From Candidatus Poribacteria bacterium (GTDB lineage: Bacteria; Poribacteria; WGA-4E; JAJDTR01): 64,000 nt of DNA. The stretch's first letter is position 1; every line of letters begins with the position of its first letter. The stretch is taken from positions 1,132,479-1,196,478 of the forward strand of contig OZ246960.1 in NCBI GenBank assembly GCA_965232235.1, written 5' to 3'. The notes under the pieces were generated by a model. The model was not told the origin of the DNA, searched no databases, and saw only the letters and a program-made list of their open reading frames with translations. The position numbers and the translations under genes are program-made. Positions 62,250-64,000 of the stretch are shown in pieces.

Positions 62250-62432
62250 ATGTTTTCCTCTCTTAATTCCACCTCTCGTGCGTCGCGAACCAAATCGCTC
62301 TTACGCAGGTAAACTCCACCACACCTCGTAAGGCGATTCATTACGCTTTACGTATTACGTTCTCCGCGTTTCTCTTCCTCTCATCTATTTCTATGAATCG
62401 GAACAACCTGAGCGGGTACCACAAAAATCAGT

Positions 62433-63218
62433 CTAAAGCCACTGTTTCATATACGCCGCCGATTTCGGGAGCTCAACGTCGCCAGGTCCCGGGATGGCGC
62501 ATTCCAACGCCATGTAGTCTCGATAGCCGATTCGTTTCAACGCCGCAAATCCGGCAGCGAAATCCGTGTGCCCATATCCGGGAAGTTCACGCGTGCTGTC
62601 CGCCAGATGGACGTGCCGGATGTACTCGCCCGCCGCCTCGATACTCTCCGGGATGTTTCTCTCCTGAAGGCTCATGTGAAAGAAGTCCGCCATAATCGCC
62701 ACGTTGGGGCTGCCTACCCGCTTGCAGATTTCAACCCCGTCGTTGAGGCTCTTGATGAAGTGCGTTTCATAGCGATTCAGGGGTTCGACCAACACAATAG
62801 ACCCGACCTCCTCCGCATAGCCCCCGATACCCTTCAGAATTTCAACGAGCAGTTCGGTTTCCAACTCCGCAGTCGTCTTATACGGGCTTAAGTCACGGAT
62901 GCGCGGCGCGCCAAAAATAGGCACCATAATCAACCCGATGGCGCCGATCTCCGCGCCGATCTTCAGTAGCGATCTGATTCCCGCGATCGCAATCTCCCGC
63001 TGTTCGGGGTCGGCGTCCAAGAGACACCCGCCATAACCGGCGCAAATCGTACTGGATTTGACGGGATGATTTTCCGTCGCTTTGACTATCTCATCCTGCC
63101 GTCCCTCCAATCCCCTACCCCCGAATTCAATTCCTTCGTAGCCATATTTCGCCAAGTTGTCAAGTTTTTCTGCCAGTTCCGCACCGGGCACCATCTTCTC
63201 TTGGCTTGCAAGTCTCAT
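62433..63218 (-). CDS. sugar phosphate isomerase/epimerase (xylose-isomerase-like TIM barrel)
   Basis: 261 aa. 'LVEPLNRYETHFI' and 'HVHLADSTRELPGYGHTDF' metal-site pattern. Confidence 0.7.
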   Translation of the reverse strand: MRLASQEKMVPGAELAEKLDNLAKYGYEGIEFGGRGLEGRQDEIVKATENHPVKSSTICAGYGGCLLDADPEQREIAIAGIRSLLKIGAEIGAIGLIMVPIFGAPRIRDLSPYKTTAELETELLVEILKGIGGYAEEVGSIVLVEPLNRYETHFIKSLNDGVEICKRVGSPNVAIMADFFHMSLQERNIPESIEAAGEYIRHVHLADSTRELPGYGHTDFAAGFAALKRIGYRDYMALECAIPGPGDVELPKSAAYMKQWL

Positions 63219-63796
63219 GCAGTGTCCTCCATTTGGTAGAACGATACAACAGTATCACCGTACCGTTCCTGTCGTTCCAATTTTAATTCGTCGAACGCTT
63301 CGGGTGCAGAGCACTCTACCCGTCGTTCTCTCCGCCGCTCCACGACGACTTGACCGGAGGGCAACAGCATCTTGCTCCCCTCAATCTGTCTCAGGCAAAC
63401 TTCATGGATGCCCGAATCGTATGGTGGATCGAAGTAGATCAGATCGAATCGGGCGTCGCGCCGAGCGAGATAAGCGAGTCCCTTTTGCACATCTAGCTTG
63501 ACGATATTGACGTGCGGTTCGCCGCCACTCACACCACACCCCGAAAGATTGGACTTTATCATGCGGATGCAGTGCGGACTCCGATCAACGAACGTCACAG
63601 ATTTTGCTCCGCGGCTCAGAGCTTCAAGCCCGATGTTGCCCGACCCAGCGCAAAGATCCAAAAAATTCGAGTCAATGACTCTGTCGCTCAGAATGCCAAA
63701 CACGGACTCCTTCACGCGATCCGATGTTGGGCGCACCGTGTTCGCCTTGACCGAAATCAAGCGTTTGCCTTTGAACCTTCCGGAGATGATTCTCAT
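63215..63796 (-). CDS. rsmD: 16S rRNA (guanine966-N2)-methyltransferase
   Basis: 'MRIISGRFKGKRL' start. 'DLCAGSGNIGLEALSRGA' SAM-binding motif and 'FDLIYFDPPY' motif. Start overlaps the upstream gene's stop by 4 nt. Confidence 0.75.
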   Translation of the reverse strand: MRIISGRFKGKRLISVKANTVRPTSDRVKESVFGILSDRVIDSNFLDLCAGSGNIGLEALSRGAKSVTFVDRSPHCIRMIKSNLSGCGVSGGEPHVNIVKLDVQKGLAYLARRDARFDLIYFDPPYDSGIHEVCLRQIEGSKMLLPSGQVVVERRRERRVECSAPEAFDELKLERQERYGDTVVSFYQMEDTA

Positions 63797-64000
63797 CAGG
63801 ATTTTCGCCCCGTAAGCATAACCTGAAAGGGTTCGTGTGTCAATCGGTTTTTCAGGCGGGTTTCTGTTGCCAAAACTATAGTTGGGAGAGTACGTTGGGT
63901 CGAACGGCATTCATGAGTGCGATAGTAAATCCCGACCGTAAATCCTTCCCTCCCACCTCTGTAGGAGGGGCATCTTGCCCCGACGTGTCCGAACCGGTGC

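Noticed and set aside
1-64000. tRNA, rRNA and tmRNA genes
   Set aside because: No GGTTCGAATCC-type T-arm or cloverleaf candidates, and no rRNA-like stretches, were seen in intergenic regions on manual inspection. This remains unverified without tRNAscan.

Overview
This 64-kb window is a high-GC (roughly 55-60% by eye) chromosomal fragment from an uncultivated Gram-negative bacterium. I found no rRNA or tRNA genes; all coding calls rest on motif-level reading of the supplied translations.

Housekeeping genes form several recognisable islands:
- a pyruvate/acetoin dehydrogenase E1alpha-E1beta-E2 operon (1382-4759);
- glyA-folC (37341-40009);
- an H+-pyrophosphatase hppA (40319-42682);
- ilvD (43385-45064);
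- rlmB, radC, a Gfo/Idh/MocA oxidoreductase, a sugar-phosphate isomerase and rsmD (59758-63796).

The rest of the window is an accessory landscape of secreted 'eukaryote-like' repeat proteins:
- Seven large WD40 beta-propeller proteins and three leucine-rich-repeat proteins.
- All but one of these (the frameshifted LRR protein at 4941-7027) end in a type-IX-secretion (Por) C-terminal sorting domain, with the motif 'LLPNYPNPFNPETWIPYQL...AAYWDGRN...GVYFYTL'.
- Four or five of them also carry a clostridial-type dockerin Ca-binding repeat pair ('DVNGDGVVNILDL').
- One giant 1.4-kaa protein (27589-31887) combines a planctomycete-type CxxCH cytochrome-like head, a second CxxCH motif, an LRR block, a cohesin-like module, a dockerin and the T9SS tail. 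This points to a non-cellulosomal cohesin-dockerin surface-assembly system riding on T9SS cargo.

Also present:
- three PhyH-type Fe(II)/2OG dioxygenase paralogs;
- a B12-binding radical SAM enzyme;
- a GH-like beta-propeller protein;
- a PQQ/TolB double-propeller lipoprotein;
- a YfbK-like VWA protein.

Intergenic DNA is saturated with two repeat families:
- a degenerate ~35-bp word family, 'GGAGATCAAGCGACTGGATAGGGAGCGCGATAGAGATC';
- GTAG-headed REP-like palindromes, e.g. 'TGTAGGAGCGATCTCCGAATCGCGACC..CTCCTACA' and 'GGTGGGCGGTGCCCACC'.
One REP copy has mediated a 152-bp tandem duplication of the folC 3' end.

Three secreted-protein genes are interrupted by in-frame stops or a frameshift placed just after, or near, the signal peptide.

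The lineage cannot be fixed from sequence alone. The combination of T9SS tails, WD40/LRR expansion, PhyH expansion and cohesin/dockerin modules resembles Poribacteria- or FCB-group-like genomes; treat this as tentative.
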